From Gemmatimonadota bacterium (GTDB lineage Bacteria > Gemmatimonadota > Gemmatimonadetes > Gemmatimonadales > GWC2-71-9), in the NCBI GenBank assembly GCA_037440225.1, contig JBBIUN010000005.1, forward strand, positions 103,450 through 167,449: a stretch of DNA of 64,000 nt, in the 5' to 3' direction. The notes beneath the pieces are model-generated. The model was not told the origin of the DNA. It saw only the letters and a list, made by a program, of their open reading frames with translations, and ran no database searches. Each line of letters opens with the position of its first letter. The first letter of the stretch is position 1. Position numbers and translations under genes: made by a program. Positions 36,736 through 46,225 of this stretch are shown here, one piece after another.

Positions 36736-38937
36736 CTAGCGCCCCAAAGCCGTGCCCAGGTCGAAACGGACCGGCTCCAACGGATTCAGCCCTCGGGAGA
36801 AATCCAGCCGCAGTACCCCTCCGAGCACGGCCAAACCCACCCCCGCCCCAATCAGCGGGCCCCGACTCGGCACGCCGTCTCCAACATCGAAAAAGACCAC
36901 CGGTACCAAGATCCCCCGGCGGCGGAGATGGACGTCGAGCTGACCCGCCCAGGTCGCGCGACTCCAGCGGGTCCCATACTCATAGCCCCGCACCGTGGCC
37001 GGGCCACCCACCCGGGGCCACGCCTGGGGCAGCGAGTCGCCGGCCGCAGCCTGGAGGGTCCCCCGCAACGTCACTGCGCGACCCGCCACCAGGACGGCCA
37101 GCCGCCCATGCGCCCATATCCTGCCAACGATCGCCTCCCCCCGGTACCAGAACTCGCCAGCGCTCCACCATTGCAGCGGCCCAAGCGCGTGATTCCGGGA
37201 AGCGCTGAACCGCAGGTAATCCCCGGCGGCGATCGCTGGGTTGGGCGGGAACTGACCGTCGCCCCCCAGCACCCGGTTCAGGGCCGAGCCGGCCCGCGTG
37301 ACCACGCTCTGCTCACGCTCCACGCTCAAGCGAATGCGACTGTGCCGCAAGAGACCCCGGTTGGGGCTCAGTTCCACCCCGCCGCCGGTAGCCAAGTAGT
37401 AGTCGGCGTCGTCGTGACCCGCGATCACGGCGTTGAAGCTGCCGCCGAGCGCCGGCTTGCTCCAGGGCTCCACCGCTTGGACCTCGCGAAACCCCACGAG
37501 TTCCACCAGTCCCTCCGGGCCGTCGTAGCGCCAGGCGAGCCTTCCCAATAACCGGTGGTCGGCAAACCCGAACCCCAGCGAACCCACCAGCGCCACAAAC
37601 GGCTGCGCCGCGCGCAGGGAGAGGCCCGCGCCCACGCTGGGTCCTTGGATGCGATTGAATCGGAAAGCGTCCCCGAGCCGCTCCCACGCCAACCCCAGCC
37701 GCCGGCGTCCCACCCACGCACCGGGCAACTGATCCCTGAGCTTTTCCAGTTCGGCCGCACTCTGCTGTAACCAGCGTTCTACGGACGGCTCGATGTCGGC
37801 CAACAGCGGCTCCGGCCACGCGTAACGCGAGAGCGAGTCGCCCGGGGGAACCGCGACCTCCCAGCGCCCCCCTTCCCATAAACCCCCGCGCCGGTACCCC
37901 GAAACCGCCCGCTCGCGTGCACCCCCGCTATCGCCGTGGGCACAGCCCGTGCAGACCAACGCCGATCGTCCGCGGCTCCGCGCCCGGAGCATGCTGTCCG
38001 GTACCTCGAACGCTACCGCGGCCCCGGTGTTCAACTGGTAGTCACGGAACCACGTCACGGCCCTGATCGAGGCGGCGAGGCTCAGGAGCCAAGGCACCTG
38101 CAAGGTCACCGCTACACCCTGGCGGTAGGGCATCCAGAAGCCACCCTCGTACCACGCATACTCCAGATCCGCTTCCGCCGAGACGTACCGGGCGGCCCGC
38201 GCGCTCTCGGCCCGCGCGTTGGCACTATCCCGAGCCGTGGCTCCCGCTGGACGTTCCCAGACATACTCCCCTAAGAACAGCACCCGCAGCCGCACCACGT
38301 CGCCGCGGTCCGCGTCCACCCACATGTCGCCCGCGACCAGGGAAGGACCACGCTGCTTCGGCTCGACCCGAACCGCCACCGCCCGCACCCTCCGCCCAGC
38401 CATCTCCAACACCACCGAGTCCGCGATCGCGTACCGATAGTATCGCGCGGCGCCTCGAGCCAAGGGGTGGAGCGCGGCAAGATCCGGCACCCCCATCAGC
38501 CGAATACTGTCACCCAATGCCCGAGGAACGAACCAGGGGCGATCCAGCCAGACCTCTTGCTCCAGTTCCCGCCGGAAGTCCTCATCCGTCTCGAGCCGCT
38601 GCGTCCCACCGCCCCAAGCCTCGAGGACCCTCAACACCGGCAGCGCGCTCCGAGCCCCCAGCACCGAGACCGCTAAGTCGTTCGGCGCACGCCAGGTTAC
38701 CTGCGCCGCTGTCTGGTGAACCACGAGCGGCATCGCCTTGGAAAATCGGCTGCGGGAGGCCACCATCTCCAGGCGCGTTTCGATCCTGGCCCGGTAGTCG
38801 AGGAGTTCCGAGTCGGCAGCCAGGTGCCGCTCGCCCGCCCGGGCGATGACGGCCGCCGTGGCCGAGTCGCGGAAGGTCGTGGTGTCAGCCTGCCACCAGA
38901 TGGCAACCGCCATCCACACCAGAGGAGCTACCGCCAT
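36736..38937 (-). CDS. Hypothetical outer-membrane protein (C-terminal beta-barrel)
   Basis: Signal-like N-terminus, FRFNRIQG, GGPATVRGYEYG, FFDVG, IGAGVG, LRLDFSRG. Confidence 0.65.
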   Translation of the reverse strand: MAVAPLVWMAVAIWWQADTTTFRDSATAAVIARAGERHLAADSELLDYRARIETRLEMVASRSRFSKAMPLVVHQTAAQVTWRAPNDLAVSVLGARSALPVLRVLEAWGGGTQRLETDEDFRRELEQEVWLDRPWFVPRALGDSIRLMGVPDLAALHPLARGAARYYRYAIADSVVLEMAGRRVRAVAVRVEPKQRGPSLVAGDMWVDADRGDVVRLRVLFLGEYVWERPAGATARDSANARAESARAARYVSAEADLEYAWYEGGFWMPYRQGVAVTLQVPWLLSLAASIRAVTWFRDYQLNTGAAVAFEVPDSMLRARSRGRSALVCTGCAHGDSGGARERAVSGYRRGGLWEGGRWEVAVPPGDSLSRYAWPEPLLADIEPSVERWLQQSAAELEKLRDQLPGAWVGRRRLGLAWERLGDAFRFNRIQGPSVGAGLSLRAAQPFVALVGSLGFGFADHRLLGRLAWRYDGPEGLVELVGFREVQAVEPWSKPALGGSFNAVIAGHDDADYYLATGGGVELSPNRGLLRHSRIRLSVEREQSVVTRAGSALNRVLGGDGQFPPNPAIAAGDYLRFSASRNHALGPLQWWSAGEFWYRGEAIVGRIWAHGRLAVLVAGRAVTLRGTLQAAAGDSLPQAWPRVGGPATVRGYEYGTRWSRATWAGQLDVHLRRRGILVPVVFFDVGDGVPSRGPLIGAGVGLAVLGGVLRLDFSRGLNPLEPVRFDLGTALGR

Positions 38938-39353
38938 GACGCCCAGCCGCCCCTTTCTCGCAGACCGTACGCCTTGAGTCGCCGCCACAGCGTGGTCCGA
39001 GAAATCCCCAGGCGCCGGGCAGCCTCGGCCTGCCGCCAGCCGGTCAGCCTGAGCATCTCGATAATGGCCCGCCGCTCGCGCTCCGCCAGCGTGGGCACGA
39101 CTTCTTCGGCGAGGAACACCGCTTCACCAAGAAGCGACTCCCCGGCCTTGAGCGAGACCCTGCGGGCCCCTCGCTCCAGCAGCTCGCCCAAGCGTTCGGG
39201 CCCCACGTCAGCGTTGCCTCCCACGCCCAGCATCGCTCGCGCCATGCGGTTGGCGTGGGCCAGCCGTCCCTCGCGATCGAACACCACCACGGCCTCGGCA
39301 ATGGCGTCCAGCACCGCCTTCAGGAGTACACTGACCGGGCTGTCCCCCTCCAT
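38928..39353 (-). CDS. PAS + Fis-type HTH small regulator
   Basis: VLDAIAEAVVVFDREGRLAHAN (PAS-like), then TLAERERRAI...AEAARRLGISRTTLWRRL (HTH_8). Confidence 0.82.
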   Translation of the reverse strand: MEGDSPVSVLLKAVLDAIAEAVVVFDREGRLAHANRMARAMLGVGGNADVGPERLGELLERGARRVSLKAGESLLGEAVFLAEEVVPTLAERERRAIIEMLRLTGWRQAEAARRLGISRTTLWRRLKAYGLRERGGWASWR

Positions 39354-39486
39354 ATGACCGGCACAATCCATCGGCCTCGCCTACGCCCCCGTTCCGCCCC
39401 GAGTTTCAGCGCCTGTGGGATCCGAATGCTTGCCGTCCACAAGCTGGTGTTGCTATCTTGACTGTCCGGCCAGCCTAGGACAGATC

Positions 39487-40071
39487 ATGGCGACTCGAGA
39501 CCCCGAACTTACCCGCACCAGCATCCTCCAGGCCGCCGAGCGGATCCTCCGTCGCGGGGGGGTGGGAACCATTGACCAGGTCGCCCGCGAGGCCAAGTGT
39601 GCCAAGGGCCTCGTCCACTACCACTACCGCACCAAGTCTGCTTTGCTCGCTGCGGTTGCCGCCCGTCTGGGGCAGGCCCGGCGGGCCCGGTGGGCTCACA
39701 CGTTCAGCAGCCAGACGCCGGATGGCGCCGTCCGGGCCTCCTGGAGCCTGCTCGTGGCTGAAAACGCGGATGGGTCGCTGCGTGCCTGGCTCGCACTCCT
39801 GGCCCACAAAGACAAGGCAACTGGCCGAGTGGTCAGTTCGGAGATGGCCAGCTTTGCCGAGGCGCTGACCCAATCGGCCTCACGGTGGCTTGCCCAGCTC
39901 AGCCTCGCGCCCACCGTCCCGATCGAGGAGATCGGGTCTCTGATCGCTTCCGTCGTTTGGGGCATGGGGCTCTTGCTGGCCGCCGGTACGGCGCCGTCCC
40001 GATTGCAGGGAGCGTACGACGCCGCCTGGGCCGGCGTACTCTCTCTCACGCGCCCCGTTCTCCGGGCGTGA
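39487..40071 (+). CDS. TetR/AcrR family regulator
   Basis: ILQAAE...TIDQVAREAKCAKGLVHYHYRTKSALL. Confidence 0.9.
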   Translation: MATRDPELTRTSILQAAERILRRGGVGTIDQVAREAKCAKGLVHYHYRTKSALLAAVAARLGQARRARWAHTFSSQTPDGAVRASWSLLVAENADGSLRAWLALLAHKDKATGRVVSSEMASFAEALTQSASRWLAQLSLAPTVPIEEIGSLIASVVWGMGLLLAAGTAPSRLQGAYDAAWAGVLSLTRPVLRA

Positions 40072-40132
40072 ACTGGGCATAGAGCCGCGCGGCGGCCCAG
40101 CACCCATCCGCGATGCCCGATCCGCGGGTTGG

Positions 40133-42682
40133 CTACCGATGTCGCCGGCGGGCTCGCGGTCGCCGCGGGAGGGCGTCGAGGCTCGATCGCAGCTCCTCGA
40201 GCGAGGCCGCGCGGATGACCTCCTTGCTTCCCCGCAGCACGCTAAAGCGAAGTGGGCGATCCAGACTCGGCACGTCCCGCAGCCTGAGGCGCCTGGCTTG
40301 ACCCTCCTTGAGCCGGATGCGCACCACGGGCCGGCCATGCTCGAGTTCGTAGGACAGCGGCACCCGGTCCCCCAGGACAAAGGCTGACGAGGGTAGCGCA
40401 TCGAGAGCCTGGCGCTGAGCCTCGGGGATCAGGCTCGCAGGATCCAAACTGAGCGGGGTGGCGAGAAATGCCTCCCAACTGTCCACCGCTTCCAGCTGCT
40501 GGCGCACCAAGCGGCGAACATTGGCAGGGTCGGCCACCGCCAGGTCGCCTCCGGACCGCCTCCAGTACTCGGCCAAGCGGGCGCTCGCGCGCGCCAGCGC
40601 GCGTTGGTCAGGGTGGGGCGTGCGCCCCTCCAGGAGCGCGTCGGCCAGCGCCTCGCGCGCTGCCGCGGCCAAGTCGGGCGGAAACCTGCCCGCGAGCGCC
40701 CCCCGCTGATGTTCCAGCTCGAAGCCGGCGTACACCGTGCGCCGGACCACCGCCAATCCTCCCCGCTTCCCATTGCGAACTTCTACTGCCGGCGCGCCGC
40801 GAACCGCGTAACGCCGGATCAGGTCCAGCGGTAAGTTGGTCCCCTCGATCGCGCCTCGCGGCACGCCAAAGCGGTCCGCGAAGTAGCGCACCGTGCCGGC
40901 AACCGCACCCCACGGGCTGCACGCCGAACTCCGCGACACCCGCACGCTTTCGCCGGAGGCCAGCTGCCCGTCGAGCACCACGTCGAACGGCGCGATCCGC
41001 GCCAGCAGGTCTCGAAATCGCCGCAACATGCCGGCGTCAGCACGGGGCAGGTGCTCGGGAAGCGGTAGCTCCAACGTCCGGTACACCGAGGCCACACCGA
41101 GGGCCACATCCTCGATGGCCTTGAGGAGCACCCCCCGCCGCTCGGCCCACTCCTCGATCTCGTCCACAAACAGGTGCCGGGGCAGGCCGTACACCAGACC
41201 CACGTAGCCATACCGGTTGACCGCCTCGGCGTAGGTATTGTAGGCCGTCAGGTGGTCGCTGCCGTGCACTACCAAACCGTGCAGGTCGCACTCGTCCCGG
41301 GTCATCCGATGCAGGGACTCCACGTTGGCAGCCACGGCCAAGACCGGTACCAAATCCCGGTCCGCGTGCACCAGCAGCTCCCCCCAGGGGCGCTCGACCG
41401 GCATCGCCTCCACGTCCCGGCCGTAGTCGGTGAGCCGGCCCTCGGCCACGATGCCCCGCTGCGTGAGCAGCCTGAGCGCCGCGCGGTAGGCCTGCCGGTC
41501 CAGCGGCACCGGCAGCTCCAGTTCGCTCAAGTCCACACCGATCGCGGCAGCCGTCAGGGCCACGCGCTCCGTGTCACCCGCCAGTTGGAATTCGGGCGGC
41601 TCAGGACGCAACCCCTGAAAGTCAATGTCCCGGTCGGTGAGCACATACACCTCGCCGCCCCGGACCCGGCCGTGAACCCGGCCCGCCATTTGGAGCAGCT
41701 CGTTGGCCCCCAGGTATTGGCGGGTCAACACGTTGCGGCCCTTCTCGATCACGTTGGCGTACCGGGCGTCGTAAATGACCACCGTGTCGAGTCCCGCAAT
41801 GTTGAGCGCCGATTGCCCGGCGGCCGTCATGGCCAACAGGAACGGTTTGGGTGCCGTGCCTTCCAGAAACGGACGGATCACCCGGATGGGTTCGCCTCCA
41901 TGGTAGAAGGCCGCGTTCAACCGCGCCCACCGGCTGCCCAGCTCGGCAGCCATCGCTTCGACTTCCGCTCGCGTGGGGAGAAAAACGGCCACCCCCCGCC
42001 GCTCTCGCACCACGTGCCGCAGGAAGCGGTCGTCTAAGAACTCCAGCGGCTGCTCCCGCCGCACCACCACCCGGGCCGCCAGCGCCGGATCGAAGGCCGA
42101 GGTCTCCAGCACCTCGGCCGACTCGAGGTAGCCGGCGTAAAACGAAGGGTCCACGGTGGCCGAAAGCCAAATGAACCGGCACCCCAGTCGCTTGCCCAGC
42201 GCCAGGCAGAGTTCCAGCTCCGCCGACGTCTGGTGGATTTCGTCCACCACCAGCGTGTCGCGAGCCTGAATCAGCTCCCCCTGAAACCATCGCCGCGCAA
42301 TGCCCGTGGTCACGATCACCACGTTCCAAGTGGGCGTCTCCGGCGTCGCCTCCCGCTCCCGATTCACCACGCCCACCCGCAAGGGCGTGCCCACGATTTC
42401 CTCGGCGATGGCCCGGATGCTCAGCGTCTTGCCCGTGCCGGTACCGGCCACGATGCCGAAGCCCACGCCGCGGCGGGCCAACTCCCGGATCTCCTGGCCG
42501 TGTTCCCGCTCGAGCACGGTGCTCACGTTGAGCTGGAGGGCAAGCTCGATGGTCTCGCACGCCGCACGGGTCGGCGCGATCACGATGACCCGGCCGGTGG
42601 GGGGGCCGCCCTGCCGGAACGCTTCCCGGTCGGGGGGCAGGAAGTGGTCGCGGATGGTCGCCCGGCCTACTCTCCCAGACAG
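40133..42682 (-). CDS. DEAH-box helicase, HrpA/HrpB-like (start uncertain)
   Basis: AGTGTGKT, VDEIHQ, LSAT, VFLPT, YHGG, QMAGRVHG. Confidence 0.82.
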   Translation of the reverse strand: MSGRVGRATIRDHFLPPDREAFRQGGPPTGRVIVIAPTRAACETIELALQLNVSTVLEREHGQEIRELARRGVGFGIVAGTGTGKTLSIRAIAEEIVGTPLRVGVVNREREATPETPTWNVVIVTTGIARRWFQGELIQARDTLVVDEIHQTSAELELCLALGKRLGCRFIWLSATVDPSFYAGYLESAEVLETSAFDPALAARVVVRREQPLEFLDDRFLRHVVRERRGVAVFLPTRAEVEAMAAELGSRWARLNAAFYHGGEPIRVIRPFLEGTAPKPFLLAMTAAGQSALNIAGLDTVVIYDARYANVIEKGRNVLTRQYLGANELLQMAGRVHGRVRGGEVYVLTDRDIDFQGLRPEPPEFQLAGDTERVALTAAAIGVDLSELELPVPLDRQAYRAALRLLTQRGIVAEGRLTDYGRDVEAMPVERPWGELLVHADRDLVPVLAVAANVESLHRMTRDECDLHGLVVHGSDHLTAYNTYAEAVNRYGYVGLVYGLPRHLFVDEIEEWAERRGVLLKAIEDVALGVASVYRTLELPLPEHLPRADAGMLRRFRDLLARIAPFDVVLDGQLASGESVRVSRSSACSPWGAVAGTVRYFADRFGVPRGAIEGTNLPLDLIRRYAVRGAPAVEVRNGKRGGLAVVRRTVYAGFELEHQRGALAGRFPPDLAAAAREALADALLEGRTPHPDQRALARASARLAEYWRRSGGDLAVADPANVRRLVRQQLEAVDSWEAFLATPLSLDPASLIPEAQRQALDALPSSAFVLGDRVPLSYELEHGRPVVRIRLKEGQARRLRLRDVPSLDRPLRFSVLRGSKEVIRAASLEELRSSLDALPRRPRARRRHR

Positions 42683-43746
42683 ATCCCCAACTCCCTTGCG
42701 GTCTCCAGCGAGTCGCTGTCCAGCGGGACCCGCTTGGGCTGGGCGAGCGCTTCCTCCAGCGACACCAGCTTGATGGTCGGCGGATCGAGGGCGACCATCT
42801 GCCCGAAGCGCCCCGCCGCGACAGCTCGAACCGCCGCTGCTCCAAACCGTAGCGCCGTCAACCGGTCGAACGTGGTCGGCGTCCCACCCCGTTGAAGATG
42901 GCCCAGCGTAATCGAGCGCGTCTCCTTGCCGGTCAGGGCCGCAATCTCCTGAGCGACGCGCTCCCCCACCCCACCCAGCCGATCCACCGTACCGACGCCG
43001 GCTCGCTCCTTCACCACCGGCACCCCACCCCGCGGCACCGCCCCCTCCGCCACCACCACAATGCTGAAGCGCCGGCCCTCCGCCTCCCGCTCCCGGATCT
43101 TGGCGCACACGGCCTGGATGTCGTATGGGATTTCCGGAATCAAGATCACGTCTGCGCTGCCTGCCAGGCCCGAGTTGAGGGCAATCCACCCCGCATACCG
43201 GCCCATCACCTCCACCACCATCACCCGCTCATGGCTCTCCGCCGTCGAGTGCACCTTGTCAATCGCGTCGGTGGCCGTGCTCACCGCCGTGTCGTACCCG
43301 AAGGTGATGACCGTGCCCCCAACGTCGTTGTCAATAGTCTTCGGCACGCCTACCACCGGAAGTCCCTTGCGGAACAGGTCGTAGGCGATGCGCAAGCTCC
43401 CATCGCCTCCCACCATGATCAGCGCGTCGAAGCCCTGGGCCCGAAACTTCTCGATCAACTCGTCGGAGCGGTCCACCTCCCGCAACGAGCCGTCCGGCTG
43501 CCGCTGGGGCCAGCGGAAAGGATTGCCCCGGTTGGTCGTCCCCAGGATGGTCCCGCCGAGATGGGTGATCCCGCGTACCTGGTCGCGTCCCAGCCGCAGC
43601 GCCTGGCCCTGCTCCAACAGCCCACCGAACCCCCGCTGGATCCCGTACACCTCGAAGTTGCGATGCAGCGCGCCCAGCACCGCCGCTCGAATGACCGCAT
43701 TCAGTCCCGGTGCATCGCCCCCACCGGTCGAGATCGCGATTCTCAC
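42667..43746 (-). CDS. pfkA: 6-phosphofructokinase (group III/mixed-substrate type)
   Basis: [46 protein letters not shown]. Confidence 0.96.
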   Translation of the reverse strand: MRIAISTGGGDAPGLNAVIRAAVLGALHRNFEVYGIQRGFGGLLEQGQALRLGRDQVRGITHLGGTILGTTNRGNPFRWPQRQPDGSLREVDRSDELIEKFRAQGFDALIMVGGDGSLRIAYDLFRKGLPVVGVPKTIDNDVGGTVITFGYDTAVSTATDAIDKVHSTAESHERVMVVEVMGRYAGWIALNSGLAGSADVILIPEIPYDIQAVCAKIREREAEGRRFSIVVVAEGAVPRGGVPVVKERAGVGTVDRLGGVGERVAQEIAALTGKETRSITLGHLQRGGTPTTFDRLTALRFGAAAVRAVAAGRFGQMVALDPPTIKLVSLEEALAQPKRVPLDSDSLETARELGICLGE

Positions 43747-43988
43747 GCTCGGTCCTCCCGTTGCTGCCGTTCCTCGATCAAGCGAACTACCTCGCCCGGC
43801 TCCGCATGGCGCCCCAACGCACGCTTGGAAAACACCGGCTCCCCGTCCACGGCCACCTCGAAGACTCCGCCCGAGGACTGGACCAGGCGCACCGTGGCTC
43901 CCGGGAAACGCTCCTTAAGCTCGGCCGCCAGCCCGGCAGCCCGCGGCTCGTAGTTTCACACCACGCAATACTGGATAGTGATGTGCAT
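43743..43988 (-). CDS. Rdx/SelW-family selenoprotein (CxxU), in-frame TGA
   Basis: GGAGG SD, then [11 protein letters not shown](TGA 43956-43958)[13 protein letters not shown]...[18 protein letters not shown]...EPGEV. Its stop overlaps the pfkA GTG. Confidence 0.88.
43927..43943 (-). promoter_or_regulatory. Candidate bacterial SECIS hairpin
   Basis: GCUGCC-GGGCU-GGCGGC starts 15 nt after the UGA; the G-initiated loop begins 21 nt downstream (coordinates approximate to a few nt). Confidence 0.55.
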
Positions 43989-44105
43989 GTACACCTCCCA
44001 GGGGCCCAAGCTAACGCCGCTCCCAGGCGTGGCGCCAACCGAGCCGTCCTTGCAGTTTGGCCCGAGGCTCCTCACATTGACCCGTCCTTATTGCTCTACG
44101 CGACC

Positions 44106-46181
44106 GTGAACTCCGCCCCTGCCTCGCGCACGCTCCCCTTACGCCCCGCCATCTTGGCGGGCGGAACCCTCTTTCTCATTGGCGCCCTGGTCCACCTCGC
44201 CCGACACCCGGAATCGTGGACCGGGGGTCATGGCCTCGCCGCCGTGGCCCTGGTGCTGGCGGCGGCCCTCAGCCGGCGCTACGGTCTGCCGCTGCCCGGG
44301 CGCGGCTTCGCCTCGCTCGTTTTGGGCGTAGCCCTGCTCGGGCTCCTCCTGGTCGGCTGGCCCACTGCGGTGCTCGGGGCAGCCGGCGGCATGGTGGCCG
44401 GAGACCTGCTGTTCCGCCGCCTGCCAGCGCGCGAGGCCTTGGGCAACGCGGCCCACTTGGCCTTCGGCACCGGCCTGACGGGGCTGCTGTATACCGGCCT
44501 GGACGGATCACTGGGCCCGGGAGCCGTGGCGGTCCAGAACCTCGGGCCGCTCACCGCCGCCGCCTTCGCCCTCGCCCTGATCGTCAACGGAACCTTCTAC
44601 TTGGACCTGGCCCAAGGCCCCCGGGCAGCGTGGGTAGACGCCGCACTCACGATCCGCTGGGAACTCGCCGTCACCGCGGCCGCGACCGGGGCCGCCTTGG
44701 GCTGGGCCGCGCTGGCCAGCTCTCATCAGTCTCCGGCGATCATGGCCTACAGCGCCGCCCTGCTCCTCGGCGCCACGGTGGGACTTTACCTTCTCATGCG
44801 TACCGCCGTGCGGGCCGACGAGCTGGCTCTGGTCCAGCGGCTGGCCGTGGAACTCAGGCCCACCGCCAACCTCGAACACACCTTCTCAGCCCTGCAAACC
44901 ATTGCGGGCCGCCTGGTCCCATGGAAGGGAATGGGCTTGGCACGCTACCGCGCGGCAGACCGCGAGTTGGACCCGGTGGCGGACATCGGCCTCTCCAGCA
45001 AGCGCCTCTCCCTCCAAGATCCCGTCACCGCCAGCGCGATCCGCCTCCGCCGCCCCCTGGTCGCTGACACTCGGGGCAACCAGCAGGCGGGCTCCGAAAT
45101 CCTCGTGCCGCTTGCCCTCGCCGACCAGGTGATCGGAGTGTGGAGCGTCCGTCACGATCGGCCCGGCTTCTACCGACAAGCCGACGCCGACCTCCTGGCA
45201 CTCCTGGCGCCGCAGCTGGCCCTGGCCCTGTTCCTCGCTACGCTGATGCGTCCGCTGGCCGACGCCATCACCCGGACCTTGGCCTCTGTGCGTCAGCTCA
45301 CAGACACGGCGGATGCCATTCGCCAGGGATTCTCCGACGTGGGGCGCCAAGCGGCGAAGATCGAGCAGGAAGCCCGAACCGCTGCCACCGATGCGCTGGG
45401 TGGGCTCAAGACCGTGGACCGCCTCCGCGAAGGATGGCGACAAGCCTCTGAAGCCGCCGCAACCACCCAGAAGTCGGCGGCCGCGGTCCAGGCATCCGTC
45501 CGGGAGGCGCAGGCCGCCAGCGCCCAGACCGGGGAGCAACTCCGGCAGCTCGCGGCAACGATCCAACTGGGAGCCTCGGAGGTCGGGCGCCTCAAGGAGG
45601 CCGCCACCGAAGTGGAGCGTTTCGCGGAAACTATTGGCGGGATTGCCTACCAGACGAACCTTCTGGCCTTGAACGCCACCATCGAGGCCGCCCGCGCCGG
45701 CAGCTCCGGGCGCGGCTTCGGCGTGGTCGCCGACGAGGTGAGAAAACTGGCCGAAGAGAGCGAGCGCGCCTCCCAGCACATGGGCCGCAGCGCGCGCGAG
45801 ACTCGCAAGGTCATCGAGCGCACGAGTCAGTTGCTCGAAGCCATGGCCCGGGAGGTGGCGCACTTCTCCAGCGCCGTAGACCGCTGGCGGCAGGAACTCG
45901 AGGCCATGGCGAGCGCCGGCGACGGCACCGTCGCCGCCGCCGAGCGCATGGCGCACCTGCCCGGCCAGCACCTGGCAGCCGCCGAGGCAGCCAACCAAGC
46001 CGTGGCCAAGGCTCAAGCCGCCGCCGATGCGGCAGCCCAGCAGGCTGCGGCCTTGGGACAGGCAACCGACCAGCAATTGCGAGCGCTGGCCGATTGGGCC
46101 CGCAGCGCAGGCCAACTGTCGCAACTGGCCCACGAGCTGACCGAACACTTGGGCGGCATGAAAGGAGATGGCCCAAAATGA
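44106..46181 (+). CDS. Methyl-accepting chemotaxis protein with multi-TM N-terminus and GAF domain
   Basis: Many TM helices, GAF (SEILVPL...VIGVWSV), signalling hairpin [20 protein letters not shown]...[14 protein letters not shown]. Confidence 0.9.
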   Translation: MNSAPASRTLPLRPAILAGGTLFLIGALVHLARHPESWTGGHGLAAVALVLAAALSRRYGLPLPGRGFASLVLGVALLGLLLVGWPTAVLGAAGGMVAGDLLFRRLPAREALGNAAHLAFGTGLTGLLYTGLDGSLGPGAVAVQNLGPLTAAAFALALIVNGTFYLDLAQGPRAAWVDAALTIRWELAVTAAATGAALGWAALASSHQSPAIMAYSAALLLGATVGLYLLMRTAVRADELALVQRLAVELRPTANLEHTFSALQTIAGRLVPWKGMGLARYRAADRELDPVADIGLSSKRLSLQDPVTASAIRLRRPLVADTRGNQQAGSEILVPLALADQVIGVWSVRHDRPGFYRQADADLLALLAPQLALALFLATLMRPLADAITRTLASVRQLTDTADAIRQGFSDVGRQAAKIEQEARTAATDALGGLKTVDRLREGWRQASEAAATTQKSAAAVQASVREAQAASAQTGEQLRQLAATIQLGASEVGRLKEAATEVERFAETIGGIAYQTNLLALNATIEAARAGSSGRGFGVVADEVRKLAEESERASQHMGRSARETRKVIERTSQLLEAMAREVAHFSSAVDRWRQELEAMASAGDGTVAAAERMAHLPGQHLAAAEAANQAVAKAQAAADAAAQQAAALGQATDQQLRALADWARSAGQLSQLAHELTEHLGGMKGDGPK

Positions 46182-46225
46182 ACCACCCCGTAGCCTCGAG
46201 CGCGCTGAAGTGTACATTGGGACGT

